Below, piece after piece: positions 24,401 through 36,799 of a stretch of DNA of 64,000 nucleotides. Position numbers and translations under genes: made by a program. Position 1 is the stretch's first letter; each line of letters begins with the position of its first letter. The notes under the pieces were generated by a model, which was not told the DNA's origin, searched no databases, and saw only the letters and a list, made by a program, of their open reading frames with translations. Source of the DNA: Vitrella brassicaformis CCMP3155 (Eukaryota; Protista; Chromerida); NCBI GenBank assembly GCA_001179505.1, contig CDMY01000244.1:1-64000 (forward strand). The letters run 5' to 3'.

Positions 24401-26245
24401 ATCAAGCGGCTCATGTGCATCGAGCAGCCGATCCTCTCCCAGTGCGTCAAGAGCAAAACCGTTCACGACAGATTCGTCAGAGTAACCAACCCACCCACAC
24501 ACCAACTCAAGCCACCAGGGCTGAACCAACACACTCTGTGTGTGTGTGTGTGTGTGTGTGATTGTAGGAGCCGGCCAGCTCCATGGTTCGGTCCAAGCTG
24601 GTGTGTCAGATGATCAGCAAGATGGGCGGCTGGGGCTGGACCCTCCCCGCCATCGCAGACTCGGTCTCCGAAGAGACCGACGCCGGCGTCAAGGTCCGCA
24701 AGGAGACCATGGTCATCGGCATCAACGCGGGGCAGGTGCGGCGCACACAGGTCCTCACCATGACCGCATCGTTCAACCAAGAGTAAGTTGGCCATATCAT
24801 CAAAGGCAGGCGCATTCGTCACATTGTCATGCCGTCCGTCATGACGCTTGGTTGGGTCAGGTTCACTCGTTATCTGAGTGTGGTTGAGGTGCTGAGGTCT
24901 GAGCCGTCCGCGGCCACCTTCATGGAGATGGAGGCCGACAAGCTGCAGCAACACCTACCGGACTTCACACGACACTACGCCGAGAAGAACGGCGGCAAAC
25001 TGCCCGAACGGATCGTCATATACCGGTACACACACACACATGCACACACACACACACACACACACGCACACCAGCAACAAGAGAGCACCCACAACGCCGT
25101 GCGCTCCATCTGTGCCTTCGTTGCTGCAGTGACGGCCTTCCCGAAGCCGAGAAACGCATCCTCTTCAAGTAAGTACGGTGCAGACACGACACACCCCACA
25201 CAAGACACCAGCAAGGGTGTCGGTCGGTGCCTATCTTTCTATGTGCCATTTTTTCAGGCTGTACGAGGACGCCATCAAGGCCGCCATCCAGGACTTCCCC
25301 CGCCGCACACGTCTGGTGCACCCCTCAGATGTGACACAGACAGGCCAGTCGCGGCCGTCGTCCTCGCCGCCTGCCTTCAGCCCCTGCGTCACTCTCTGCA
25401 TCGTGGCCCTGCGCGGCACACAGGGCGTCAAATTCGCCCAAGTGCATCCCGACCAGCAGGTCGGTCAGCTCGCAGACTGACAGACTGACAGACAGACAGA
25501 CCACCTCATATAGCATATGGGTGGGTGTTACGGCTGCATCTGTGTGTGTGTGTGTGTGTGTGTGCAGGTGACGAACCCTCCTCCCCACACCGTGTTTGAC
25601 CGTGGAATCAACCGGCAGCACAAATTCGACTTCTGTAAGGAAGACTGGCGACCTAATGGCGGCAGCATTTCCTACCTACATTTGTTTGCCTGCATGGCAC
25701 GGTTGGGTGTATGGCGTCCGTCAGACATTGCTCACCAGCAGGTGCCCACCGGCAGCGTGAGTCCGACCTACTACGACGTGCTCTACAACAGTCCCCTGCT
25801 GGACGCTCCCAGCGGCGGCAGCAACGGGTGTGTGGGCTTCAATGCCGACAACTTCATCAACCTGACCACTCAGCTGGCAAACCTCTACCAAAACTGGTGC
25901 TGGTGACTGGTGGGGGGCCGGGCGGGCAGGAGAGGACACACGGCACGGCCCCTGTGCTGTGCTGCATGCCCCATCCATCCAGAGCCCCTGTCTATTTGAT
26001 TGTGTGTGTGTGTGTGTGTGTGCAGGGCGGGCCCCATCCGGATGCCGCAGCCACTGATGTACGCCAAGAAGCTATCGGTCGGTCGGTGAGGGGGAGAGAC
26101 GATATGATACGGTCCCACTCCCGTACGGCGCCCGACTTGTTTGTGCATGTGATGGATCGATCGATTGATTCATCAGGATTTGGTGTCCGAGTATCTGCGT
26201 GAGCGGCCAGACGAAAGCCTCCGCCAGAACCTCTTCTACCTGTGA
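21480..26245 (+). CDS. PIWI-clade Argonaute (N-PAZ-MID-PIWI), predicted non-slicing
   Basis: N-terminal RPGHYSQGTVVKAVTN. PAZ: TGIKYTIDDVDYLTTPDHTF...YFLDRY. MID: VYGTIKRLMCIEQPILSQCV, QMISKMGG. PIWI: MVIGIN, LPERIVIYR|DG, NPPPHTVFD, SVSPTYYDVL, LANLYQNW.GPIRMPQPLMYAKKL. C-terminus ESLRQNLFYL* (TGA 26243-26245). Confidence 0.92.
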
Positions 26246-27269
26246 TTCTCACGTGTGTGTCTGTGTGCGTATATATGTGAGTGTGGATGGCTGCGTGGAT
26301 GGAATGGAGCCTTGACGCTTTAAGTGTGTGCACAGGGCATGCATTATGGCATTTACGTGTTTATTTCTTCATGGCATGGGGCCGACGGCTGTGAGGGCAT
26401 TGCATTTATATACCGGCGTGGCGTGGTGCCGTGAAGAGAAGGACCGGTTGGTCTATTGGTTTGTTGGTCTATTGATTCCATTATACATATGGTGGAGAGA
26501 GGACTTGTCGCTCAGTCGTCATACAGCCTCTCGCTGGCGGAAAAACAGCAATGATCTTCCGATCCGATAAAAAGGCGGCAATTTGTTTTCGCCTTGTCCT
26601 CGTGCACATCCATGTGGCTGTGTTGCGCGTGTCCATGTGCGTGTCCATGTGCGTGTGAGTGTGAGTGTGAGTGCATGGACTCACGGGCCCCTCTGTCAAT
26701 CCGATGGAACCGATCGTCGTTGAGATGGGCAGAGGCCATGTCAGATCATGTCAGCTACACAGACAGGCACATAATGACTGACTGACATGCACGCGTGAGT
26801 CGGTCGACCGGCACATTAACGACCGAACAGAGAGATACACACATACATACATACGCATACGATATGCCCCGCCCTCCGCTCGGTCGCTCCTTCGCTCCTT
26901 CGCTCGCTCGCCCTCACACCTCACTCATCATCTGTGGGTGAGGGAGACAGTGACGTGACGCACTGATCAGATCCGCCACTCATGTGTGCTCGGTGTGGCC
27001 GACAATCACACATACATATTACAGACGGACAGACAGTCAGAGATGGGTAAGTACATACATACACACAAATAAACGGATATGAAAGTAGTCGATGCTCCTC
27101 TCAGGCAGACAGACAGGCAGGTGGGCACGCTGGCCAGCTGCCACACGCACCAAGACGTCAAAAACAGCACACATACACCACACGCACACACACACACACA
27201 TAGAGTCACGCCATATACTCAGTCAGTGTGCCTGCAAGACGCGGCCGGCGACCCACACGACCGGCCGGA

Positions 27270-30200
27270 TCAGCACCCGCCCCCGCCGTCTGTCCCGTGC
27301 CAGTCGAGGTACACAATCACACACGTCATATTGTCCATCGAACCCTGCACACACACACACACACACACACGATGATCATGGAAACGATGCCAGCCAACCT
27401 CCTGATCCGCTGACCTCTTTCCAGGCTGCGCGTATGACCTTATCGGCCGCCCTCCTGAGACGCTTGAGGACGTCGGCATCCTTGTCGGTCCCCTTGCCGT
27501 CTCGGGGGGCTGCGCACGCCTTGGCGTGGACCTCCAGCCCACTCTCCTCACCCCCACCCGCTGCCGCACCGGAGGAGCCGTTGTTGCGGCGCCCTGGACG
27601 GGGCACACAACGACCCTGCACACAGACAAACACAGCATACACAGAGGACACAAATGAGAGAAAGGGTGGGTGTTGGAACGTCGACTGACAGAGGGGCTGT
27701 CGCCTTCCCCCCTGCCGATTGCCGCAGTCAGGACGACATGCGTCAGCCGGCAGGGGGGACGCGCCCGCCCGTCCGCTAAATGTTCATCCCATGCCTCACT
27801 GTCGCACCCGCATGAAAGACCATGCTCACGTGGATCGCACGACTGAATCCTAGGTGCTGCCTGCCTGCCCCCTCGCCGCCTTTCTCCATCCATCGTGTAA
27901 CCAACCATTCATACTCACCTCATTTGCTCCTCCGCCGCCCTTATTGGTCATGTCGTATGTCATGGTCCATCCCTTGTCTCGCTGCACACCCCTCGCCACG
28001 ATGCTCGCCCACGACGGCGCTGCTGGCGTGGCGGACTCGGACGAAGAGGAGGACGACGATGCAACGCCCATGGTGCTGCCGCTGCTGCTGCTGCTGCTGC
28101 CTCTGTCGGCCGCTGCAGCAGCGGCAGCCGTTGGGGGCTCACTCGTGTCGGAGTCGTTGGGGGTCTTCTCGGTGCTATCTCCTCCCGATGCGCGGGAGGT
28201 GGCTGTGTTGTCCTTGATGTCCTTGTGGGAGTTGGGTGAGGAGGGGTGGACCACGACCGACTGGGAGGATGCAGACGAGGGGGAGGCCTCGTCACCGTCC
28301 AACTGAGGGATCAAACGAGATATGCTTCTGGCGGGAAAGGGGGAGGGGGGTTGTTCCTCGCCGACCTCGTTGGCGATGATTTTGATGGTTTCTTCATCGG
28401 ACAGCACGTCCCACACGCCGTCGCTGCACAGCACCATGAAGCGATCGCCGGGCTGCAACGGACGCTGCACACACAGGAGAATGAGGGAGACTATGAGGGT
28501 GGGTTGGTCGACATCTGGTCTGCCTCATGGCGGTTGTTTGTTTGTTGTGGGTACCGAGTAGCACTCTGGCTCGGCAATGACGAGGTCGCTATTCTGCCGC
28601 TTGATATCGAAGTTGCCGAAGGCTCGCGAAACCGCAAGCCGACGCTGCACACCGTGACCGCTAACCCTGCAAACACACAGCAAACACACACCATCTTCCT
28701 TCCATGGCTTTCCGTGTCGCCTTCTCTTCTTGGGTTGCTTTGCTTGCTGACCTGGGGCAGCCGACATGCACGACCCAGCCTCCCGCCCGGCGGATGCGCT
28801 CCATTTCGTCATGTCTGTTGGGCTTGTGGTCGTGAGTCAGACGGACGGCACGGTAAGACACTGTCGCCGCCACAGACGCCTGCACACATGAACAAAGAAC
28901 ACACACGACACAGGTGGTGCGAGCCCATCCTGCTGGCGCCGCTCCCTCCAAAAGTCGTTTGCGCATCACATCACCTGTGGCAGTCCCTCTCCCTGCTGCT
29001 GTTGCTGCTGGTTGTGCGATTCCCCCTGCTGCTGCTTCCCGCTGTTTTCGCCCCCATCCCCACTCCCCCCTGCCGCGTTGGCCCCCTCGTTGGTCGCTGC
29101 CCCCTCCTCCCCGCCGTCCCCACCCCCAGAGCTACCATCCTCCATCTTAATGTCGCCGTCCCGCTCCTCATCCTTATCGTCATCGCTGCTCTCGCTGTCC
29201 ACCTCCATACGATCACCACACGCCGGCAAGAGCCCGTTCGACGTCCGCCGGCAGATGCCGATCTTGCCCAGGGGCTCCTCCGACTGCTCCTCGGGCAACG
29301 GCGACGAGGGAGACATCTCGATGTCACCTTCCTTGTCCACCACCGTGGCAGTGTTGGTGCTGTTGGGGGAGGCGCTGCTCCCGGTGCCGTTGAGCAACGA
29401 TGATGCCTCGTTGACCGACTCGAATGGTGTGCGGGAGGGCCGGTCGGGCGAGACGGTGGCCGCCAGGTCGTCGAGGTCACCGATGGGTGAGATCTTGGGG
29501 AGCAGGGGAGTGCCGGGGGGCTCCAACGGCTCGTCGCCGGCAGCATCTGCAGCTGCGTCGCCGTTTTCGCCATCATGATGTGGCTGCTCCGCCCCCCTCT
29601 GCGCCTCCCTGTCTCCATTCCTGACATCCTCCTCTTTGGTCTCGACACCAGCAGCGGCAGCGGCAGCCGCCGGCACCAGGTCGCCATTCACCACCACCAC
29701 TTCAGCCCCCTCTTCATCCGCTGGCACGTCAGCTCGACTGTCGCTATCGTCGGCCTGGTCACCCTCAGCCACCGGCAGGACGTCCACCGTCTTCGGGGAT
29801 GCGGTGAGCGGCGTGTGCGGCAGGGAGCCCTCCGGGGTGGGTGTGTCGAAGGGCAGCTCGTTCTCGTCGTTGGTGGTGGCCAGCACTGCCCGTGAGTCGC
29901 CGATGTGCGCCAGGTGGAGCACGTTGTGGAAGACTAGGCACACCAGGGCCGTGCTGCCGTCCTGGCCAGAACACCTCTCCAAGAACCGTCTGGTACACAC
30001 ACACACACACAGACAGACAGACGAGGTCAGGGCATTTCGCATCGATCTATCGCCTTCTGACCTGTCGAGCTCCAGAAATGCGTTCCGAAACGCCTCGTGG
30101 AAGTTGGCGCGGAAATGCTGGATGGACAGGCAGAACGACAACCACAGCTATCTATGATGCGGTCGGTGTACGTGTGTCGGATCGTCCGTCCGTCTGCCCA

Positions 30201-31082
30201 CCTACCTCTTGCAGGAGTATGAGGTGATGCAAATTGTCCCTGGCTGCATTTGACGAACAAGAATCCATCAACACAACACCCTCTCTTAAGAGACTGATCC
30301 ATCCCTGCCGTGCACGACCCTGCTCCCACCGACTGTCCCACAAACCTACCGAACTGCGCCGCATCCTTGCCCCCATGGCCATCAAACACCGCGAAATACG
30401 CTCTGAAGAGACAGACCCACACCACACCACCAGACGGGCCGGCGCCTACGAGTGAGAGAATCCCCTTCCCACCCACCCCATCTTTTGTGCGTGGCGTACA
30501 TACATTTCATCTCTAGCGAATGGGTCGACCCCCTTGCTGCTCCCGAGGGGCGTGGGCGGCCTCGTGGAGCTGCTGCCACTGTTGTAGGGCTGCACCAACC
30601 CGCCCCCCTCACTACCATCCTGTTCCTTCTCCTTGTCCCTCTCGTCCTGTGTCGGCCCCATGCCGTCCTGCGTCTGCTGTGCCCGCAGGCGAGTGGACGA
30701 TGAACCGATGGGCGACGGCTGGGGACGGGGGAATGTGGCGTAGTGTGCGAGGGTGGATGTGCCGCGGCCGCCTGAGCGGACCACTATGCGGCGGGATGGC
30801 TGCTGGCTGCCATTGCCATTGGGAAGGGGCGGCAGGGGAGAGGAGGGGAAGGGGAGCGATGGGAACATCAGATGCACGTCCTCCATCACCTTCCGACGAC
30901 CCTGTATGATCAGACACATACATCACAACAACACAAACACAACAACACAGTGTGGGTGTGCGCATGACATGGCCATGGTCTTGTTTGCCGCGTTGTTGAA
31001 TTGAATGGCGCCCTGCCCTCTCACCTACCTGTGACTCGGCTGCTGCAGCGAGTATCCTAAGTGAGTACTGCGGTTGGCTCAT
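27270..31082 (-). CDS. PP2C/PPM-family Ser/Thr protein phosphatase with large low-complexity insertions
   Basis: Motifs GRRKVMED, YFAVFDGHGG, DGSTALV, AHIGDSRAVL, LTHDHKP...EMERI, LAVSRAFG, FMVLCSDGVWDVL, SMDNMTCVIV. The metal-binding aspartates are all present. Confidence 0.9.
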
Positions 31083-31636
31083 TGCACTGTAAAAGCTCGT
31101 CACCGAACGACTGTGACTTCCCGCTCCCGGAGTGGCCACCTAACAACACACACACAGAACACACAGACCGCACCAAATGATAGAAGTACGCGTCACGTAA
31201 ACCGCACAAGATAGATCCCTGTGCTCTCTTCTTTGCTCACATACATTCTGCTCTCGCGTCCTTGGCGTCATCTCTGCGTCCTTTTTGGCTTTCGGATTCT
31301 GACGCGGCGACGTCGGCGGCACTTCCGGTGGAGGCTCGCCGCTCGGGCACGATGCTGACGAGGCAGCCATGCCGCTGGTTTTCGTGGTTGCTGCTGCGCT
31401 GTACTTATCAAGGTGGATCAGACGACGCAAAAGTGGCTATCGCACAAATTGAGGATACCGCCGCCTTTGACTCTGGCTGCGGAGCTAAGATACAACAAGT
31501 ACCTTCCATTTCTACCTCCCTCCTTCCCGAATGCGAGCTTGAATGGAGCGGAGGAGGCGAGAGAGAAGGCAACGATGTGCTGGCCGCCCATGCTTCTGTG
31601 AAAGCCAATTCAAAGAGAGAAGGCGTGAGTTTCGCA

Positions 31637-32791
31637 ATGGCTGCAAACGAGAGTTCTGGTGGTCTTCGCATCATCGGTGCAGGCTTTGGGCGCACAGGGT
31701 GAGCCGATGGGTGGATCGCTTGACAAAAGGATGGATGCTTGTGTTGATGCCTAGCTGCAGGACGTTATCGCTTAAGAAAGCCCTCGAGATGATAGGCTAT
31801 GGCCCATGCTTCCACATGACAGAGATCATCTTTGACCCCAAGGCGCCACGGAAAGCGCGGCAGTGGAAGCAGATCGTGGACAGAGATGGCAATGACGTCG
31901 ACTGGCACAAGGTAAGCGCACGCAGACAGACAGACAGACAGGCCGGCGGGCAGGCTTGGATGGATTGCACTGATCACCATGAGCCACATGTGTCTTATCG
32001 ATGCGATGCATGCTGCAGGTGTTCGAGGGCTATGTGTCTGCCGTGGACTTCCCAAGCGCCCTCTTTTACCAAGAGCAGATGCAGGCGTTCCCTGACGCAA
32101 AGGTGGCTGGCTGCTTTGCTCACAGCTGCCCACCCTCCCTCCCTGATCGCACACACTGTGTCGCCTCTGCTGTCCCTCTGCCTGCAGGTGATTCTCACCA
32201 TCCGCGACCCTCACAAGTGGTACGCGAGTGCGCGTGAGACCATCCTGCGGAACCGCCATAACTTCAAGTCCTTCCCCGTCAACGTCGGCATCTGGCTGGT
32301 GGGGCTCGCCGACCTCACCGACCTCGTCATGAACTACGGCCGACTGCGGTGCTGCACTGACGCACACGACATGGACAAGATGACGGAGGAGGGCAGTGTA
32401 CGGCGATTCAACGAGTGGGTGGAAGAGGTGAAGCGGACAGTCCAGCCAGTAGACAAGCTGCTGGTCTTCGAGGTACGCACGGACGGACCAGCAGGAAACA
32501 AAGGTGCATGGACAGACAGACAGACAGACAGACAACATGCCATGCACAATCGGTTTGTGGGTGTTTGGTCAGGTGTCGGATGGGTGGGAGCCTCTCTGTC
32601 GGTTCCTGGATGTGCCGGTCCCCCCCGTGCCGTTCCCCCGAGTGAATGATCGTGACGAGTTCACCACGCGCCAAGGGAATTACATGAGGCTCCTCACCGC
32701 CATTGGCTGGGCGGCTGTGGTGAGCGCGGCGGGGGCTCTAGCAGGCTGTGTGTGGCTGGTAGGCCATGGCATTAGGAAGATGAGCAAGTGA
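31637..32791 (+). CDS. Sulfotransferase-family P-loop protein (bacterial/fungal Sulfotransfer_4-like) with a C-terminal hydrophobic anchor
   Basis: LRIIGAGFGRTG|TLSLKKALEMIGYGPCFHM, AVDFPSALFY, KVILTIRDPHKWYAS, LLVFE|VSDGWEPLCRFLDVPVP.VPFPRVND. Tail LLTAIGWAAVVSAAGALAGCVWLVG. Confidence 0.85.
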
Positions 32792-33252
32792 CTAACAGAC
32801 GGCATTGGTGGTTAATATATGGGGTGTGAGCCGTTTGTAAGTGTGTGTGTATGTATGTATATACGGACGTGTGGGTATGTGCGTTAGCTTTTGACGTGTG
32901 CATAGGACAGCATCGTGCTTGTGATCTGTTAGACAGCCATCCGCCCGCCCTCATTGCACGACTGCTGGCAGTCATGCAGTGAGGCCGGGCGGATGGCTGT
33001 CTAACATGATCGAGCAAGGACGTGGCGGCTATCGGTAATCCGTCGGGCTTGGCAGGCTGGCAGCCATGAATCGATGCATTCACCATTCTTGCAATGCTTT
33101 GAGCCCTTTTTGCAGAGCCCTTTCCGCTCGCTAAGCTTGCAGACCTGCTGCGAGCTCAGAGATGCGGCAAAGGAGGCGTTCCAACGAAGATCTGCACGGC
33201 AACAAACTGTAAGCAAGCGGGAGAGCCGCTGCTGCCAAAGATCTGCGCAGAA

Positions 33253-34027
33253 ATGGAGGCCAAATCAGTGCCGTGCGAAGGCGGGCCGAGCAAGGGCGAC
33301 GAGGCGTCTTCTCCTCATCGACTGCTGGGGCCTCTGCTGTCCATTGGCGACACTGTAGTCCGCGACAAGGGCGAGGAGCGAGGCCTGCCCATCCTCTCAG
33401 TGGCCTACTCCCTCGTGCTGCCTCGGGTGTGCGATGCCATGGTCAGGAGCATGCCAGTGGAGGACATCATGAAAATGATGATGCGGAACTTCTTCGGTGA
33501 GGGACACTGGTTGCAACACGGACGACACAATGCGCCTTTTGATTGTGTTGCGTTTGTCGTTGGTTGGTTGGTTCAGGGTTTATCATATGGGAGTTCAAGG
33601 ACGAGGAGGCATCGCAGAAGCACGACCACTCGGTCATGCTGCATATCTTCCCAGGTAGGAGCGAGTGAACGCATGTGTGTGTGTGGAGGACACAGACAGA
33701 CAGGAGAGGTTAGAGAGGTAGGTGGTCCTTTGTGAGTGGCTGGCTTGTGTGCGTGTGTGCGCCTTCAGAGAAGGTCGACAGCTCACTTGAGTTTCCGCAC
33801 TGTCACAAGAGGAACTGGTAAACAAGCTCGGTCAGAGCGCCACAGCAACACGTCGGTGTGGTCATTCATTTACCCTTGGCGGGGTGTGGTGTCAGGGCGT
33901 CGATCAACATGAACGGGACGTACCAGCACATCCTCTACAGCTTCGTCAAACACGACACTGGTAGGCCTTGCGCTGTCTGTGTGACGATCGGTGGATGGAT
34001 TACACGCGCTGTGGATGCATTGCATAT

Positions 34028-34059
<32 letters not shown>

Positions 34060-34485
34060 ATGGTTGCTCAGGTGAGGCCATCACGCCTGATCTGTCGATG
34101 GCCGGCCAGGCTGCTGAGTGTCCGCATGACCGCCTGAAGCTGTTCGAGCACGAGATGGAGACGGGCATCCATTTCAGGGGGCAGGTGCGAGTCAACGCAG
34201 TGCAGGTACGTACGTATGTATGCTGTGGACACGTTTCCATAGGCATCGCATCCACCTGACTGACTGACGCATACATACATAACTGTGTGTATGTGCGCCC
34301 CACGTATGTGTGTGGTCTATCGGTGTGGCGTGAATGGTCTGACTGACAGGAGTTCACGTACAAGAAGGGTGTGGTTCAGTACATGGATAAGCGTGTGCCG
34401 CATCGACTGGACAAGTATGGTGAGTGAGGAAGAAATGGAATGGACAGCCGACGGGCCTCCCTCCCTCCATACGTTGGTTGGCTGC

Positions 34486-34519
<34 letters not shown>

Positions 34520-35125
34520 AGAACACCTTCTCCCTCAATGTTCGTGGGGCGATGGACCCAACGCTCAACACACTGTTCACCATCCTCAACGATAGACCCC
34601 TCCCACAGGTCAGCCAGCAAACCCATCTCGTGAGGAGCTTCATCAGATCTCGCACTCCCATCTCGTACTTCGATGGATGGATGTGTGAATGGATGGATGT
34701 GTGGATCAGAATGCCGACAAGCAGTGGCAGGTGCCGCTGTCGTCCCTCGAGGAGGCCACATTCGTCATCCGCCACGTCACCGCAACATTCAACAATCCCG
34801 ACCTCTCTGCCTTCACTGCGATGGGTGGCGACGCGGTCAAGCTGGCGTCTCTGCCAATCGACGAGGCATTCCGTTATGCCGTCGAGGTCGTCAGCAGACA
34901 TGAGGACAGGTGCGTGACCAAAGCAATGAAGGCCCACATACGTACCTATGTGTCCTGTTTGGTTCATGTGCTGTGCTGTGGTGCATGTGCAGGTTCCCCC
35001 TCGTTATGGCTCTGGACAGTGGCGGTATGATGAAGGCTGGCGTGGTGACGGGTGAGGCCGTCGAGGGCCTCGTCGGCCACAGCCTGAGGACAATGCCCGA
35101 GGTCCGGGTGCCAGAGCATGTGTAA
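33253..35125 (+). CDS. Multi-exon hypothetical protein
   Basis: About 8 exons bounded by GT-AG, with globular-looking sequence (e.g. SINMNGTYQHILYSFVKHDT; HDRLKLFEHEMETGIHFRGQVRVNAVQ; FPLVMALDSGGMMKAGVV). No family recognised. Confidence 0.55.
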
Positions 35126-35663
35126 TTAATTCGATAGATCTGCAGCTGAAATCGATGTGCGGACGGTAGGCTCTCGCCTTGACTCCTTTATTTTGCCAGT
35201 GCTGCGGCATGGAATTAGTGCAGGCAGTATGGTGCAGTATGTAGGCCTGCCTGGTTTATCCGTTTATCTCATCGTTCGTAGTGCTAGTGACTGACTGAGT
35301 GCTGCCTGGGATTTTGAGTCCTGTGTGATTGTCTCGGTTGATGATGCAGCATGGTCGATGGATGCAGGCAGTTTCATCTAGTTGCTTTATCGTGCGTCCG
35401 CGAGGTTTTGTTTGGATGTGCTGACCCAATTTTGTGCTGACCAGTTGACTGTGTGCATTGCTGATGCCGCCCTCGAGCGGAGATCAATGGAAGCTGTCAG
35501 CCACGAGCCCAAAGAACGGGTCGTCTGGGCCCCCCGGGATGGCACAAGTGAGAAGAGGCAAACAACAATGAATTCAGTCTGGTATACATGCACGAGTCGG
35601 GTCCCCACAACCAGCCCCACCGCACCACAACCACACGAGGACGCAGGGCACACAAATGGACGA

Positions 35664-36799
35664 CTAGTTCTCCTCCCCGCCGGCCCCCATGCCCATCATC
35701 CCCTTGGCCCACGTGGCCACCTTCTGGACGCCCTTGGAGGCCGCCTTCTGCAGGCGGACCCGGGCCACGCAGGCGTGTGTGAACGCCATGCGGAGGCCGC
35801 GAGCCGCGCCGCAGCACCAGCAGCAGCTCTCTTGCCCCACCACCACCCAATATCCCCCCACCCTCTTCCAATGGGCGCGGTCCCACTTGGTCAGTGGACT
35901 GACATAGAAGCCGTCCTCGCCCTCGCCCCACAGCGCCACCGGCACCACCAGGCGGTACCTGCCATCGCTAAACCGCGCGTTGCACGGGGAAGGGGTCTGG
36001 GTCGGGAGTGGTGAGTATGTGGTGGCGGTGGTGGTGGTGGGTGGGTCTGGGTCAGGGATGGGGATGGGGGTGGCCAGGCCGAGGGCGTGCTGGCGCATCG
36101 TCTCCCTGTCCTCCTGGAAGCCAACCACACGCACAGAGAGAGGACAGAGTGTGTGTGTGTGTGTGTGTGCGTGTGTTGTGAGGTGACTGTGGTGAGAGGC
36201 CCTCACCCTCATCCACTCGATGTCCATCTCCCAGTACTTCATGATGTACTCCCTGTTGTCCTCTGTGACGCCCTACACACACACACAGGGGTACACGTGC
36301 ATTGTTGTCCGTCATGTGCGCACTACCAGTGCACCAGTGTGTGCCAATGATCAGGCTTACCATCTCACTGTCGTATTCCGCCCTGGCCTCGTCGTCGGTC
36401 AGCACCGTCTTAGCCGCGTTGATGTCCTTGATCAGCTGATAGCTGTGGAGGCTCTTCTTGTCGGGGTGGAGGTACGGGTGCTGCACCCACACACAGACAG
36501 CACAACACAATCCAGCTGATGCAGTCACATAGGCTCAAGTATGCGTTCATGTCAGTCGACACTCATCGCATCATCGTCTTCTCTTGTTTTCTGTTCTCTT
36601 CACATCACATCACACTACATGAAAACGCTCCGCCCCGCCCCTCTTTGTGTCCATCGGTATGCAGGCGAACCTCACGACAGACCTTCCTGTAGGCCTTCTC
36701 TATCTCCTTCTTGGTGGCGTAGGGCGACACCTCCAGCACGGCGTAGTGGGCGAGGGTGTAACTGATGGCAGCGGGCGGGTAGGCGTAGTACTGCGGCAT
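35664..36799 (-). CDS. J-domain (DnaJ class C) protein, apparently intact copy 1
   Basis: HYAVLEVSPYATKKEIEKAYRKVCRE|HPYLHPDKK...IKDINAAKTVLTDDEARAEYD, with HPD motif. 4 exons with an open frame to ...GAGGEEN*. Confidence 0.8.

Noticed and set aside
21480-26245. Prokaryotic-Argonaute defence operon
   Set aside because: The gene has about 20 spliceosomal introns and eukaryotic PIWI-clade signatures; there is no operon structure.
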